NCBI GenBank assembly: GCA_016210005.1
Contig: JACQVA010000158.1
Coordinates: 75,180-139,179, forward strand
Direction of reading: 5' to 3'
From: Deltaproteobacteria bacterium
Lineage (GTDB): Bacteria > Desulfobacterota > Binatia > HRBIN30 > JACQVA1
DNA: 64,000 nucleotides
Part shown: in pieces, positions 10,204 through 18,807 of the stretch
Position numbering within the stretch: the first letter of the stretch is position 1
Layout of the letters: the number at the start of each line of letters is the position of its first letter
Translations under genes and position numbers: made by a program
The notes under the pieces: generated by a model
What the model was told of the DNA's origin: nothing
Database searches by the model: none
Seen by the model: only the letters and a program-made list of their open reading frames with translations

Positions 10204-10602
10204 ATGCCGGCGAGTCAGGTGCAGCAGATCGAAAACCTGATTTCCCCGGCGGTGAAGCGGAACGTCGCTGCAATCGCGCACACCGAACTGACGGCGCTGC
10301 GGGAATCCGTGATCGAGGATCTCCGGTATTTCGGACGGAAGGTGGGGCGCCTGATTCTCAAGGAGGCTCGCAAGCAGCTCACGGCGGATCCGCTGGCGGA
10401 GACGGGACAGATGAAGAGCCTCCGTCCGAATCCAGTGGCGCAGCGAGAGCTGCGTCTATTCGGGAAATGCCGCGTGCTGTTCAATGTCGAGGCCGCGCGC
10501 GGCATCGTCGATGTGGTCCTCGTCGGAGAGAAGCGAGGCAATTCGCTCATCGTGCAGGGAAAGGAGTTCGTTGCGCACCATGAAAGTGATTCCGCTCAGT
10601 GA
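10204..10602 (+). CDS. RelE/ParE-superfamily toxin-like protein
   Basis: C-terminal ...ELRLFGKCRVLFNVEAARGIVDVVLVGEKRG resembles the RelE/ParE core; start MPASQVQQ at 10204 within the longer ORF 9841..10602. Confidence 0.45.
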   Translation: MPASQVQQIENLISPAVKRNVAAIAHTELTALRESVIEDLRYFGRKVGRLILKEARKQLTADPLAETGQMKSLRPNPVAQRELRLFGKCRVLFNVEAARGIVDVVLVGEKRGNSLIVQGKEFVAHHESDSAQ

Positions 10603-10640
10603 AGCCAAGGCGCACCTCAGCCGCTACGCGCGCGTGTGCC
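10580..10640 (+). pseudogene. Truncated Phd/YefM-type antitoxin start (MKVIPLSEAKAHLSRYAR), cut by repeat R1
   Basis: Characteristic Phd/YefM N-terminus present for only ~20 codons before the repeat sequence begins. Confidence 0.35.
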
Positions 10641-10895
10641 ACCCGTTCGGGAAGGTCGAGATGTGGTCGAGGGGCACCGGGAACCGTGCGACGGGGGCTG
10701 TGGTGGCCGCGTCTTCGATGACCGTTTCCAGCCCCCGACGGAGCGCGCGGAGGGGGAAGCGCGACGGCCCGGCGTCAATGGCCGCGACGTCCGCCTCGCG
10801 CCTGTGCCCTGGATCACTTCGCGGCACTCGCCGCTTGCCGCGTCCCACACCCGCACCGTCCGGTCATCTGACCCGCTGACGACCGCGCTCCCGAA
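10640..10895. repeat. Direct repeat R1 (core only) of the cassette-array repeat family
   Basis: Shares the core ccgttcgggaaggtcgagatgtg...ggcaccgggaacc...ctggatcacttcgcggcactcgccgc with copies R2-R7; minus-strand frame encodes a WD40-blade-like SDDRTVRVWDAASGECREVIQG. Confidence 0.8.
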
Positions 10896-11519
10896 TCAGA
10901 CTTGGTGAGAGCGACGGGCCGCGATCTCTCGGCTGGCCACGACCAATTCCCGGAAGTGCCGTGCCATAAAGAGCACCTTGGTGCCGTCACGCCGCTTCAT
11001 GGCCAGTGCGACGCTGCGAACGGCTCGGTACAGTTCCATCAAGTCGTCGACCGCGGGCAGCGGGCCGTCGGCAACGAAGGCATTGGTCAGCGCACGCATG
11101 ACGCCCTCTGGTGTCCCTTCGTGCACGAAGGGGTCGAAGCCGTTCAGATCGCTGAGGCTCTTTTGCAGCCGATACGCCTTCGCCTCGAAGACAAACCAGC
11201 GGTGCGTATCGGATAACTGGCTGAGGCCGACGGCCAACCCGAGCTCGAACGGCATATTGAACCGTGGGCAGCGCGGCGGCTCGTGCGACCGCTCAACGCG
11301 CGACAGATCGTGAATCGAAGCGTCACAGCTCTGCAGCAACTGGACGATCCGATCCAGGCGATTCCATGCCCGCGCCTGCGGCGGAATCTCGAGCACACAC
11401 CGCGGGTCGAGACCCAGGCCGGTCAGTCCGGCGATGAAGGCCAAATACAGGCGTTCGAACTTCGCATCGTAGGGGATGTTCAGGAAGACGGTGGTGCGGC
11501 GCTTGGGGCCAGCGGTCAT
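10896..11519 (-). CDS. Hypothetical protein, weakly TIR-like N-terminus
   Basis: 207-aa ORF MTAGPKRRTTVFLNIPYD...; the pattern VFLNIPY / SIHDLS / FELGLA is reminiscent of a TIR-like fold, but weak. Confidence 0.35.
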   Translation of the reverse strand: MTAGPKRRTTVFLNIPYDAKFERLYLAFIAGLTGLGLDPRCVLEIPPQARAWNRLDRIVQLLQSCDASIHDLSRVERSHEPPRCPRFNMPFELGLAVGLSQLSDTHRWFVFEAKAYRLQKSLSDLNGFDPFVHEGTPEGVMRALTNAFVADGPLPAVDDLMELYRAVRSVALAMKRRDGTKVLFMARHFRELVVASREIAARRSHQV

Positions 11520-11552
11520 CCGCGATGGGAGGAGTCGGCGCCGGTTCAGGCG

Positions 11553-11759
11553 TCAGGCAGGCCGCGCTCGTTTGCGGGCGAGCGACCGGGACCGCGGCGC
11601 TGTGGTCCCGCGCCCCTGGCGTTCGCCATTCTTCTTGGTCACCGCGTCCACGAGCTTCCGGATCCGGCGCAGCTCCGTGGCCGAGACACCGAGCAGACGT
11701 GCGGTCTCTTCCGTGGAGGGAGGCGACGTCTCAATCAAGAACGGCTTCGGATGCGCCAT
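11553..11759 (-). CDS. Small helix-turn-helix protein (sigma-70 region-4 / excisionase-like)
   Basis: 68 aa, ETARLLGVSATELRRIRKL HTH-like segment. Confidence 0.3.
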   Translation of the reverse strand: MAHPKPFLIETSPPSTEETARLLGVSATELRRIRKLVDAVTKKNGERQGRGTTAPRSRSLARKRARPA

Positions 11760-11828
11760 GGATCACGTATACGTCTGGTTGAGTGTCGGGTCAACGACGC
11801 GTTGGCGATGGACAACCTCGAGAACCGC

Positions 11829-12205
11829 GTGTGGCAGATGACGCATCGCTGATCGTTCGGACGATCCTCCGTGTTTACGCTCGGCGTCCTCGGTGCCTCT
11901 GTGGTTGGCTTCCTCCTGACCATCAGCCACCTGCGATCAAGCGATATGCCCCCTCTGGCTTTCCACTTTCAACTTTGGACTTTGGACTGTGTTCCATCCC
12001 GATTCAGGCGCGACCGTTCGGGAAGGTCGAGCTGTAATCGAGGGGCACCGGGAACCGCGCGACGGGGGCTGCGGTGACCGCGTCTTCGATAACCGTTTCG
12101 AGGCCACGACGGAGCGCGCGAAAGGGGAAGCACGACGGCCCGGCGGCAATGGCCTCGACGTCGCCCGTGCCCTGGATCACTTCGCGGCACTCGCCGCTGG
12201 CCTTA
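11829..12205. repeat. Direct repeat R2 (hairpin part + core)
   Basis: Left part gtggcagatgacgcatcgctgatcgttcggacgatcc...ctgaccatcagccacctgcgatcaagcgat forms an imperfect inverted repeat; core shared with R1-R7. Confidence 0.8.
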
Positions 12206-12322
12206 TCCTGGTGGAATGGAGAAGAGGCCGAAGAGCGGATGCTCCCGCGCAAAGGCGCCATGCCGCAAAGCAGGCGAGGCAGGAGCCGCTGCCGTGGCTG
12301 CCGAAGCCACCACCCCCCGGGC

Positions 12323-12781
12323 TTATGCCGCTCTGGAACGGAGGTAGTCCAGGCTCCCGGGTACATCGCGCACGATGCGTAAGAGCGCATCGTACGCGAC
12401 GCTTTGAACCGCCCGTTCCGTTTCCCAGCGCGCGACGAGGTCTTTGTTGACTCGGAGAGCGCGTGCTAATGCCGCGGCGCTCAGCCCGAGTTCTCTCCGC
12501 AGCGCGCCGATCTCCGTGGCAGCGAGCAACCGGTGCTTGCGCCGATAGATGGCCTGAGCGGAACGGAAGAGCAGGCGAGCCTCCGCCAGCGTGAACAGAC
12601 CCTCTCCGCAGCGAGGGCAGCCAAGGTGAGCGACGTCGCGTACCTGGATCGGCTCACCGTTGATGGCTAGCCGTACCTGTCTGCGTGTCGGCTTCATCGC
12701 CGTGCCGCACGAGGGGCAGGTGTCATCGTCGGGGCGTCCCCCGGCCCCGCGCCGGTTGTGCCTATTGTTTGTCGTCTTCAT
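12323..12781 (-). CDS. mqsA: MqsA-type antitoxin (zinc-finger + XRE HTH)
   Basis: Two CxxC pairs (CPSCG...CPRCG) followed by an HTH (LLAATEIGALRRELGLSAAALARALRVNKDLVARWE); lies downstream of mqsR as in the canonical mqsRA order. Confidence 0.6.
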   Translation of the reverse strand: MKTTNNRHNRRGAGGRPDDDTCPSCGTAMKPTRRQVRLAINGEPIQVRDVAHLGCPRCGEGLFTLAEARLLFRSAQAIYRRKHRLLAATEIGALRRELGLSAAALARALRVNKDLVARWETERAVQSVAYDALLRIVRDVPGSLDYLRSRAA

Positions 12782-13076
12782 GGAAGGAGATGACCACACA
12801 GTCGGAACGAAGGGCGAGCTTCAAATAGACGGGAATACCAGCAACTTCTGGTTTGAAGACGTACAGCCATTCCGGTGAGGTCTGAGACCGCAGCCGTTCG
12901 CCGAAGTCGTCGCGGGTCAGCTCGGACAGGACGAGGCACACATCGTCCGGATCGAGGCTCAGGTCGAGCGCCGCCAGCTCCACGAGTGCCTTGTCCGTTA
13001 GCCGGACGCTGCCCGATGCTGCGAGAGTGTGAATGCGATTGAGAACCTTTGAAAGCCATCGAGGCATGCACCACAA
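12762..13076 (-). CDS. mqsR: MqsR-family mRNA interferase toxin
   Basis: 104 aa; C-terminus PVYLKLALRSDCVVISFHEDDKQ matches the MqsR ...VYLKITVIHDVLIVSFKEK pattern. Confidence 0.65.
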   Translation of the reverse strand: MWCMPRWLSKVLNRIHTLAASGSVRLTDKALVELAALDLSLDPDDVCLVLSELTRDDFGERLRSQTSPEWLYVFKPEVAGIPVYLKLALRSDCVVISFHEDDKQ

Positions 13077-13178
13077 GCATCGACCGGCACACAGAATAGC
13101 TCAGGTTACCGTCTCGCAGCAACCTCGCATTCTGTCGGTCCTCCTCGTCGTAAATGCTGGTATCGAGAAGAACCTTCG

Positions 13179-13373
13179 TCACGCGACGCCGAAGATGTCG
13201 GTGAATCCACCGACGGCCTTCACGCGACGGTGGGGGCGCACGATTGCTTCTTCGGCGAGCACGAGATCGAGCGCACGTTCCACCGTTTCCCGCTGCGTCT
13301 TGGTACGCAGGATGCGGCGGGCACGATCGATCTTGGTCTGGCTGAGGCGGACGACAGCGGCTTTCGTGGTCAT
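13179..13373 (-). CDS. Orphan VapB/RHH-like antitoxin
   Basis: MTTKAAVVRLSQTKIDRARRILRTKTQRETVERALDLVL; no adjacent cognate toxin. Confidence 0.35.
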   Translation of the reverse strand: MTTKAAVVRLSQTKIDRARRILRTKTQRETVERALDLVLAEEAIVRPHRRVKAVGGFTDIFGVA

Positions 13374-13429
13374 GATGAGACGCACGATATTGCGGTCGGC
13401 AAGTTCTGCAACCCGGCAGCGCAGCGGCC

Positions 13430-13560
13430 ATCGCCATCGCCGCACGGGCGCGCTGCGGTTCGCCATCCAGACCCAGGGTGGCCACAGTGACTATGTCGAG
13501 TGGCGCCAGCGCACGCTCGGCACGCTCTCCGTCGACCGCGCGACGGCCCGGCGGCAATCC
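13430..13560 (+). repeat. Partial duplicate of the small gene at 16317-16556 (ALRF[AS]IQTQGG...DY.E.RQRTLG segment)
   Basis: About 85% nt identity to 16385-16485; reads on the plus strand, converging on the PIN gene at 13577-14008. Confidence 0.6.
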
Positions 13561-13576
13561 CGGACGACAGTCGCGG

Positions 13577-14008
13577 CTACGGGCGTGTTATCTTCAAGCG
13601 TCCCGCGACCCGCTCTTCTGCCAGAAACTCATACGGCAGCCTGACGCGTAGCCCGTAGAACTGGCCGCCAAGAAGATCGGCGAAATCTTCGCGATCCAGC
13701 GTCAGCAGCGTTCTTGAGCACGCAAGCGCGGTGAAGAGAATCGGGCGGTCCTTGCTGGCGGCGAAGATCACTGGGCGATCCAGGGAGACGATGTCATCCA
13801 CGATCATGAGCTGCGGTCGCAGGCGCAGCCATTCCACCGTCCCAGCAGCGGGCAGCTTGGGGAGGTTTCGAATCACCTCGTTGATTGCATAGGCGCTGCT
13901 CACCAGCGTCCATCCGGCCGCTGGCGCGAGATGAAAAATCGCGCGCGATGATCCTTTGGCAGAACCGCACGCCGCCAGCAGTACGCTTGCGTCGAGAAAG
14001 ACCTTCAC
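13577..14008 (-). CDS. vapC: PIN-domain toxin VapC
   Basis: MKVFLDASVLLAA PIN N-terminus; 4-nt overlap with upstream antitoxin. Confidence 0.75.
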   Translation of the reverse strand: MKVFLDASVLLAACGSAKGSSRAIFHLAPAAGWTLVSSAYAINEVIRNLPKLPAAGTVEWLRLRPQLMIVDDIVSLDRPVIFAASKDRPILFTALACSRTLLTLDREDFADLLGGQFYGLRVRLPYEFLAEERVAGRLKITRP

Positions 14009-14205
14009 TGTCCGGCAAGGAAACGGCGGTAGCCTGCCTCGTCATCGGCGATCCACCGTTCCATTTGCTCGCGGCTGAACTCACGCGGCGGCGGCAACGG
14101 GCCACTCTCCGCGCGCAACCGCGTCGCGAGGAACAAGAACAGCTCTTCCTGCTGTTCCGCCGGCAGCGCGTCGGCGGCGGCTTCGATCTCAGCAAGGGTG
14201 CTCAT
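14005..14205 (-). CDS. Antitoxin (Unstab_antitox / addiction-module-component-like)
   Basis: MSTLAEIEAAADALPAEQQEELFLFL... pattern of the putative addiction module component family; immediately upstream of VapC. Confidence 0.5.
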   Translation of the reverse strand: MSTLAEIEAAADALPAEQQEELFLFLATRLRAESGPLPPPREFSREQMERWIADDEAGYRRFLAGQ

Positions 14206-14269
14206 GCGAACGAAGTAGCACGCCTGCGCCGCTGGCGGCAAGGCTTGAGGCGGTGCGGTGCAGTGCAGT

Positions 14270-14760
14270 GTTTGTCGATGAACTCGCGCATCGCTGATCG
14301 TTCGGACGATCCTCCGTGTTTACGCTCGGCGTCCTCGGTGCCTCTGTGGTTGGCTTCCTCCTGACCATCAGCCATCTGCGATCAGCGATATGCCCCCTCT
14401 GGCTTTCCACTTCCAACTTTGGACCTTGAGCTGTCTTCCAGCGTGATGATGTACAGGTGATTCGCGCTCGTCCCGATTCAGGCGCGACCGTTCGGGAAGG
14501 TCGAGATGTGATCGAGGGGCACTGGGAACCATGCGACTGGTGCTCCGGTGGCCGCGTCTTCGATGACCGTTTCCAGCCCGCGACAGAGCGCGCGAAAAGG
14601 GAAGCGTGACGGCCCGGCGGCAATGGCCGCGACGTCGCTTGTGCCCTGAATTACTTCGCGGCACTCGCCGCTCGCCGCGTTCCACGCCCGCACCGTCTGG
14701 TCATCAGACCCGCTGGCGATCGTCGTGCCGTCGGCGCGGAGTCCGGTCTTTGGGCGGCCC
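14270..14760. repeat. Direct repeat R3 (hairpin + core + extended WD40-like blade)
   Basis: atcgctgatcg...gaccatcagccatctgcgatcagcgat hairpin then core; minus-strand frame encodes DGTTIASGSDDQTVRAWNAASGECREVIQG. Confidence 0.8.
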
Positions 14761-14871
14761 TCTTCGTCCGGAGCTCCGCGTTTACGCGACAAACAGGACG
14801 CGCCGCGCCTGGTCGGGCTTGCGCAGTCCGATTTCGACGTCGAGCTGTTGTCCCTCCGCCCGCGCCTTGGG

Positions 14872-15132
14872 TCACCCCTGTCGGCTGATCAGCCGCTCGT
14901 ATTCGTCGTGGGGACCGATCCAGACCCAGATGAAGTCGGCGCCGTCTTCGACCGCGAGGGCGCGGTGGGTAAGACCGGCCCGCACTGACCAGAGCTTGCC
15001 GACTTTCTTGAAATGGAGAGACGGATGGGCAGGATTCGCGCGCAGGAGTTCGAAATTCTCTCGCGCCACTCGCTGAGCTGACTGGGGCAAGCCAGCCAGG
15101 CGGGCCCAGAAGCGCGCGGTGGTGCGATGCAT
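14872..15132 (-). CDS. parE: ParE/RelE-family toxin
   Basis: 86 aa, WSVRAGLTHRALAVEDGADFIWVWIGPHDEY typical RelE/ParE C-terminus. Confidence 0.7.
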   Translation of the reverse strand: MHRTTARFWARLAGLPQSAQRVARENFELLRANPAHPSLHFKKVGKLWSVRAGLTHRALAVEDGADFIWVWIGPHDEYERLISRQG

Positions 15133-15333
15133 TCAGAGATCCCTGAGTTTGCCCTTCGCTTTCTCGTCGCCCGCTTCGCGGATCAGAAAATCGAGTCTGC
15201 CAGCCTGGGAGTCCGCCTCGATCTGCCGATCCCACCGCTCCCAGTCCTTCTCCGAGAGCCAGCGAAACAGCTCGCCGAGCTCCTCGGCGGGAAGCTGCTC
15301 GATTTCAGCTTTGAGTTCCTCTACGCGAGACAT
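15133..15333 (-). CDS. Antitoxin, putative addiction module component (Unstab_antitox-like)
   Basis: MSRVEELKAEIEQLPAEELGELFRWLSEKDWERWDRQIEADSQAGRLDFLI; directly upstream of parE. Confidence 0.6.
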   Translation of the reverse strand: MSRVEELKAEIEQLPAEELGELFRWLSEKDWERWDRQIEADSQAGRLDFLIREAGDEKAKGKLRDL

Positions 15334-15499
15334 CCGAACCTCCGTCCGACTCAAACCATACTGGAAGCACCCTCGGGCTTCCAGTGTCCGCAGCGGGACT
15401 GGTTGGCGGTGAATGCTGCAGGTGCAGAGCTGTTCTCCCTTCGTCCCGCCGTACGTCCGCAACTCCACTTCCAAGCTTGGACCTTAGACCTTGGACTTC

Positions 15500-15795
15500 G
15501 GACTCTCTTCCCCCTCCGGCTTTCCACTTTCAGCTTTCGGCTTTGAGCTGTCCTCCAGCGTGATGATGTACAGGTGGTTCGCGCTCGCCCCGACCCAGGC
15601 GCGACTGTCTGGGAAGGTCGAGATGTGATCGAGGGGCACCGGGAACCACGCGACGGGGGCCGCGGTGGCCGCGTCTTCGATGACCGTTTCCAGCCCCCGA
15701 CGGAGCGCGCGAAAGGGGAAGCGCGACGGCCCGGCGGCAATGGCCTCGGCGTCGCCCGTGGCCTGGATCACTTCGCGGCACTCACCGCTCGCCGC
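15500..15795. repeat. Direct repeat R4 (core)
   Basis: ggctttccactttcagctttcggctttgagctgtcctccagcgtgatgatgtacaggtg... core shared with other copies. Confidence 0.8.
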
Positions 15796-15829
15796 TGATT
15801 GAACTCGTTGAGCTGAACTCGTTGAGAGC

Positions 15830-16327
15830 TTGCCGAATTCCGATTGTGGCGGTACCGTACTCCTTGTGCGCATCTATCTGAACACGAGCGCGCTGAGCCG
15901 GCCGTTCGATGATCTGTCTCGCAGCCGAGCGCGTCACGAGGCAGAAGCCGTGAGCATGGTCGTCGCCGCCATTGAGGCACGACAGGCGGAGCTGGTCGCA
16001 TCGGAGTACTTGGTCTTCGAGCTGAGCCAGCATCCTGATCAAGAGCAAGCGCAGCGGATCGCGACCCCACTGCGGCTGGCCAAGACCATGGTGAAAGCCT
16101 CCGCTTCAGTAACCCTGCGAGCCCGCACCCTGGAGCAGTTTGGCCTGCGCGGATTAGATGCGCTGCACATCGCCAGCGCTGAAGCTGGAAAAGCGGATCT
16201 GCTCGTTACGACGGACGACCGGATGCTGAAGCGGGCGACGCGTGCGCGCGCCATGCTTCACGTGCGAGTGCTCTTGCCGGCAAGTGCCCTGGCGGTCATC
16301 TCGGAAGGAGGATCCCATGAAGAGTGA
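15830..16327 (+). CDS. vapC: PIN-domain toxin VapC-like
   Basis: TTG 15830 or in-frame GTG 15866 (MRIYLNTSALSRPFDD); PIN fold motifs. Confidence 0.7.
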   Translation: MPNSDCGGTVLLVRIYLNTSALSRPFDDLSRSRARHEAEAVSMVVAAIEARQAELVASEYLVFELSQHPDQEQAQRIATPLRLAKTMVKASASVTLRARTLEQFGLRGLDALHIASAEAGKADLLVTTDDRMLKRATRARAMLHVRVLLPASALAVISEGGSHEE

Positions 16328-16556
16328 GCGATTGACCGATGCGCAAGTCCGCGCCCTCGGGTGGGAAGCCTTGGTGGAGAAGCTCGGCCCCACGGGCGCG
16401 TTGCGGTTCAGCATCCAGACCCAGGGTGGCAACGGCGACTATGCCGAGTTGCGCCAGCGCACGCTCGGCCCGCTCTCCGTCGACCAATTGCTGGCCCGCA
16501 TGCGGTCGTCGTCGAAGACGGCCCGCCCCCGCCCGCGTCGCAGGCAACGGCCCTAA
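16317..16556 (+). CDS. Small protein overlapping the PIN gene 3-prime end (possible cognate antitoxin)
   Basis: MKSERLTDAQVRALGWEALVEKLGPTGALRFSIQTQGGNGDYAELRQRTLG...; 11-nt overlap with the PIN gene; a partial copy exists at 13430-13560. Confidence 0.4.
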   Translation: MKSERLTDAQVRALGWEALVEKLGPTGALRFSIQTQGGNGDYAELRQRTLGPLSVDQLLARMRSSSKTARPRPRRRQRP

Positions 16557-16589
16557 CAGCGTAACAGCCTAACCCCTTAACAACCTGTC

Positions 16590-16905
16590 CTCTGATCTAT
16601 TTTCGAGGCTGATGATGTACAGATGATTTGCGCTCGCCCCGACCCAGGTGCGACCGTTAGGGAAGGTCTTGATGTGCTCGAGGGGCACCGGGAACCACGC
16701 GACGGGGGCGGCGGTGGCCGCATCTTCGACGACCGTTTCCAGTCCCCGACGGAGCGCGCGAAAGGGGAAGCGCGACGGCCCGGCGGCAATGGCCTCGACG
16801 TCGCCCCGGCCCTGGATCACTTCGCGGCACTCGCCGCTCGCCGCGTGCCACACCCGCACCGTCTGGTCCGCAGCCCCGCTGACGACCCGTTGACGCATTT
16901 GGAAG
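16590..16905. repeat. Direct repeat R5 (core + extended blade)
   Basis: Core plus minus-strand RQRVVSGAADQTVRVWHAASGECREVIQG. Confidence 0.8.
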
Positions 16906-16967
16906 CGTCGCGCTGTGTCCGTTGCGGACCTCTGTGATATAGTTTGAACGGCAGTGGAGGAATACGG

Positions 16968-17216
16968 ATGCCGGCCCAGACCATAGAAGCACGGCTCCAC
17001 GCGCTCGAACGAGAGGTCACCCAGATCAAGCAGCTGCTGCAAGGCAAATCGGGGTCGGGCGACCCGTGGTGGGAACGCATCGCTGGAGCTTTTGAAGACG
17101 ATCCAGTCTACCAGCAAGCGATGAAGCTCGGACGGCAATACCGCGAATCCTTGCGGCCGAAGGGGCGCGAGCCTCGCGCGAAGAATCATGGTCGTCCTCG
17201 ACACCGACCATCTTAG
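16968..17216 (+). CDS. VapB-type antitoxin
   Basis: RBS GGAGG 7 nt upstream of ATG 16968; MPAQTIEARLHALEREVTQIKQLL; 3-prime end overlaps the VapC start. Confidence 0.55.
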   Translation: MPAQTIEARLHALEREVTQIKQLLQGKSGSGDPWWERIAGAFEDDPVYQQAMKLGRQYRESLRPKGREPRAKNHGRPRHRPS

Positions 17217-17618
17217 CCTGGTGGAATGGCGGGCGGGTTCGGACGCACGTTCGCTTCGTGCCCGACTGCGAGGAGTGGACCCCGCGTCAGTTGTCTCGAC
17301 CATCATCACCTTCGAGGAGCAAATGCGGGCTGGCTCGCGCAGTTGGCGAAGGCGCGGACGATGGCGCAGCAAGTCGCTGCCTACAGCCGGCTGAGCCGCC
17401 ACGTCCGCACGTTTCGCGAGGTGCCATTGCTGGAATTTGATGAGCGGGCTGCCGTCGAGTATCAGCGCCTGCGCAAGCTGCACCCCAGGACCGGCTCCAT
17501 GGACCTGAAGATCGCCGCCATCGTCCTGATCCACGGCGCCACGCTCCTCACAAGAAACGCGGCTGACTTCGGCGGAATACGTGGCCTGACAATCGAGGAT
17601 TGGACCGGGCTCGCGTGA
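17188..17618 (+). pseudogene. vapC: VapC PIN toxin disrupted by a frameshift near 17325-17340
   Basis: N-terminus MVVLDTDHLSLVEW...VSTIITFEEQ in frame 1 terminates at 17394; the conserved C-terminal half (WLAQLAKAR...DLKIAAIVLIHGATLLTRNAADFGGIRGL) continues in frame 0 (ORF 17226..17618). Confidence 0.55.
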
Positions 17619-17654
17619 CGCAAGGCCGAGCCGCCGTGCTCGCTCGGTGTCCTC

Positions 17655-17880
17655 GGTGTCTCTGTGTTTGCCTCCCCGCTGAGCCATCAGCCATCTGCGA
17701 TCAGCGATATGCTCCCTCTGGCTTTCCACTTTCAGCTTTCGCCTTTGAGCTGTCTTCTCCGCCCTCGAACGTGATGATGTACAGGTGATTCACGCTCGTC
17801 CGACCCAGGCGCGACCGTTCGGGAAGGTCGAGATGTGATCGAGGGGCACCGGGAACCGCGCGACGGGGGCTGCGGCTCCT
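17655..17880. repeat. Direct repeat R6 (right hairpin arm + truncated core)
   Basis: gagccatcagccatctgcgatcagcgatatgctccctctggctttccactttcagc...gtgatgatgtacaggtg...; core ends abruptly at ~17880. Confidence 0.7.
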
Positions 17881-17934
17881 ACAGTCACCGCGTGCTTGAG
17901 CCGCCTCGCGGAACTCGGCTATGATGTCGTTCAG

Positions 17935-18357
17935 ATGAAGGTCTTCCTCAGTTACGCCACTGTCGACAACAAGTGGGCGAGTCAGCTCCGTGAGCGGCTT
18001 GCCCACGCGGGTCTCGATGTGTGGGACCCGAACCGCGAGGTTCTTCCGGGCCAGGACTGGTCTGGGAAGATCAGCGGAGCCCTGCGCGACTCCGATGCAA
18101 TGGTTGTGCTGGTGTCACCGCAGGCCGCCGAGTCCGATTCAGTTCGGCGCGAGATCGAGTACGCACTCGGGTCGCCGCGCTATGCGCACCGCCTGATTCC
18201 CCTCGTCATCCGGCCCACGAGGAAGCTGCCGTGGATCCTGGAGCAGCTGCAGATGGTCCCGCTCAACAATAACATCGAGCGAGCCGCCCGAGCGATCGTC
18301 AAGCGACTGGAGCAGGGCACTGAGCGCGGCAAAGAAGCGCGGGCTGCGGCCCACTGA
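17935..18357 (+). CDS. TIR-domain protein (ThsB-like, TIR-only)
   Basis: MKVFLSYATVDNKWASQLRERLAHAGLDVWDP...AMVVLVSPQAAESDSVRREIEYAL canonical TIR layout; alternative upstream TTG 17896. Confidence 0.65.
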   Translation: MKVFLSYATVDNKWASQLRERLAHAGLDVWDPNREVLPGQDWSGKISGALRDSDAMVVLVSPQAAESDSVRREIEYALGSPRYAHRLIPLVIRPTRKLPWILEQLQMVPLNNNIERAARAIVKRLEQGTERGKEARAAAH

Positions 18358-18787
18358 GATCTTTCTCGCGCATTCCGCCCGCGACGTCGTCTTCGTCGCG
18401 GGGCTTGCCGAGCGGCTACGCGCCGATGGGATGCTCCCGTGGTACAGCGAGCGGCATATCGTCGGTGCGCGGCAATGGCACGACGAGATCGGCCAGGCCC
18501 TTGAGCGCTGCGATTGGTTCGCCGTGGTCCTCTCGCCATCGTCGGTGCGATCGGAATGGGTCAGACACGAGTTGCTCTACGCACTGGGCGAGGCACGTTA
18601 CCGGCGCCGGATCGTCCCGATCCTCTACCGGGCTTGTCAGGTCACTCGCCTCTCGTGGACCCTGCCAAGCTTTCAGTACATCGACTTCACAAAGGGATTC
18701 GACCCTGGCTACGCGGCTCTCCTTCGGGTCTGGGCGCGCGCATCAGCCTCCACGAGTGCGCGCCCATATCGGAGCCGCTCAAGGTGA
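18344..18787 (+). CDS. Second TIR-domain protein; conserved N-terminal beta-strand lies upstream of the only ATG, and no canonical start is in frame
   Basis: Frame open from stop 18194-18196 to 18787. Conserved IFLAHSARDVVFVAGLAERLRADGMLPWYSE...VVLSPSSVRSEWVRHELLYAL begins ~18359, but the first ATG/GTG/TTG is at 18431; only CTG at 18344. Frame is +1 relative to the preceding TIR gene, which ends at 18357. Confidence 0.45.
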   Translation: MRPTEIFLAHSARDVVFVAGLAERLRADGMLPWYSERHIVGARQWHDEIGQALERCDWFAVVLSPSSVRSEWVRHELLYALGEARYRRRIVPILYRACQVTRLSWTLPSFQYIDFTKGFDPGYAALLRVWARASASTSARPYRSRSR

Positions 18788-18807
18788 GCCGATCGGAAGG
18801 GACCCGC

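Noticed and set aside
16569-17729. 386-aa minus-strand ORF spanning the antitoxin/VapC cassette
   Set aside because: Its C-terminus is simply the repeat R5 coding-like frame; the remainder is antisense to a convincing antitoxin-VapC pair with RBS, and its composition is shadow-like.
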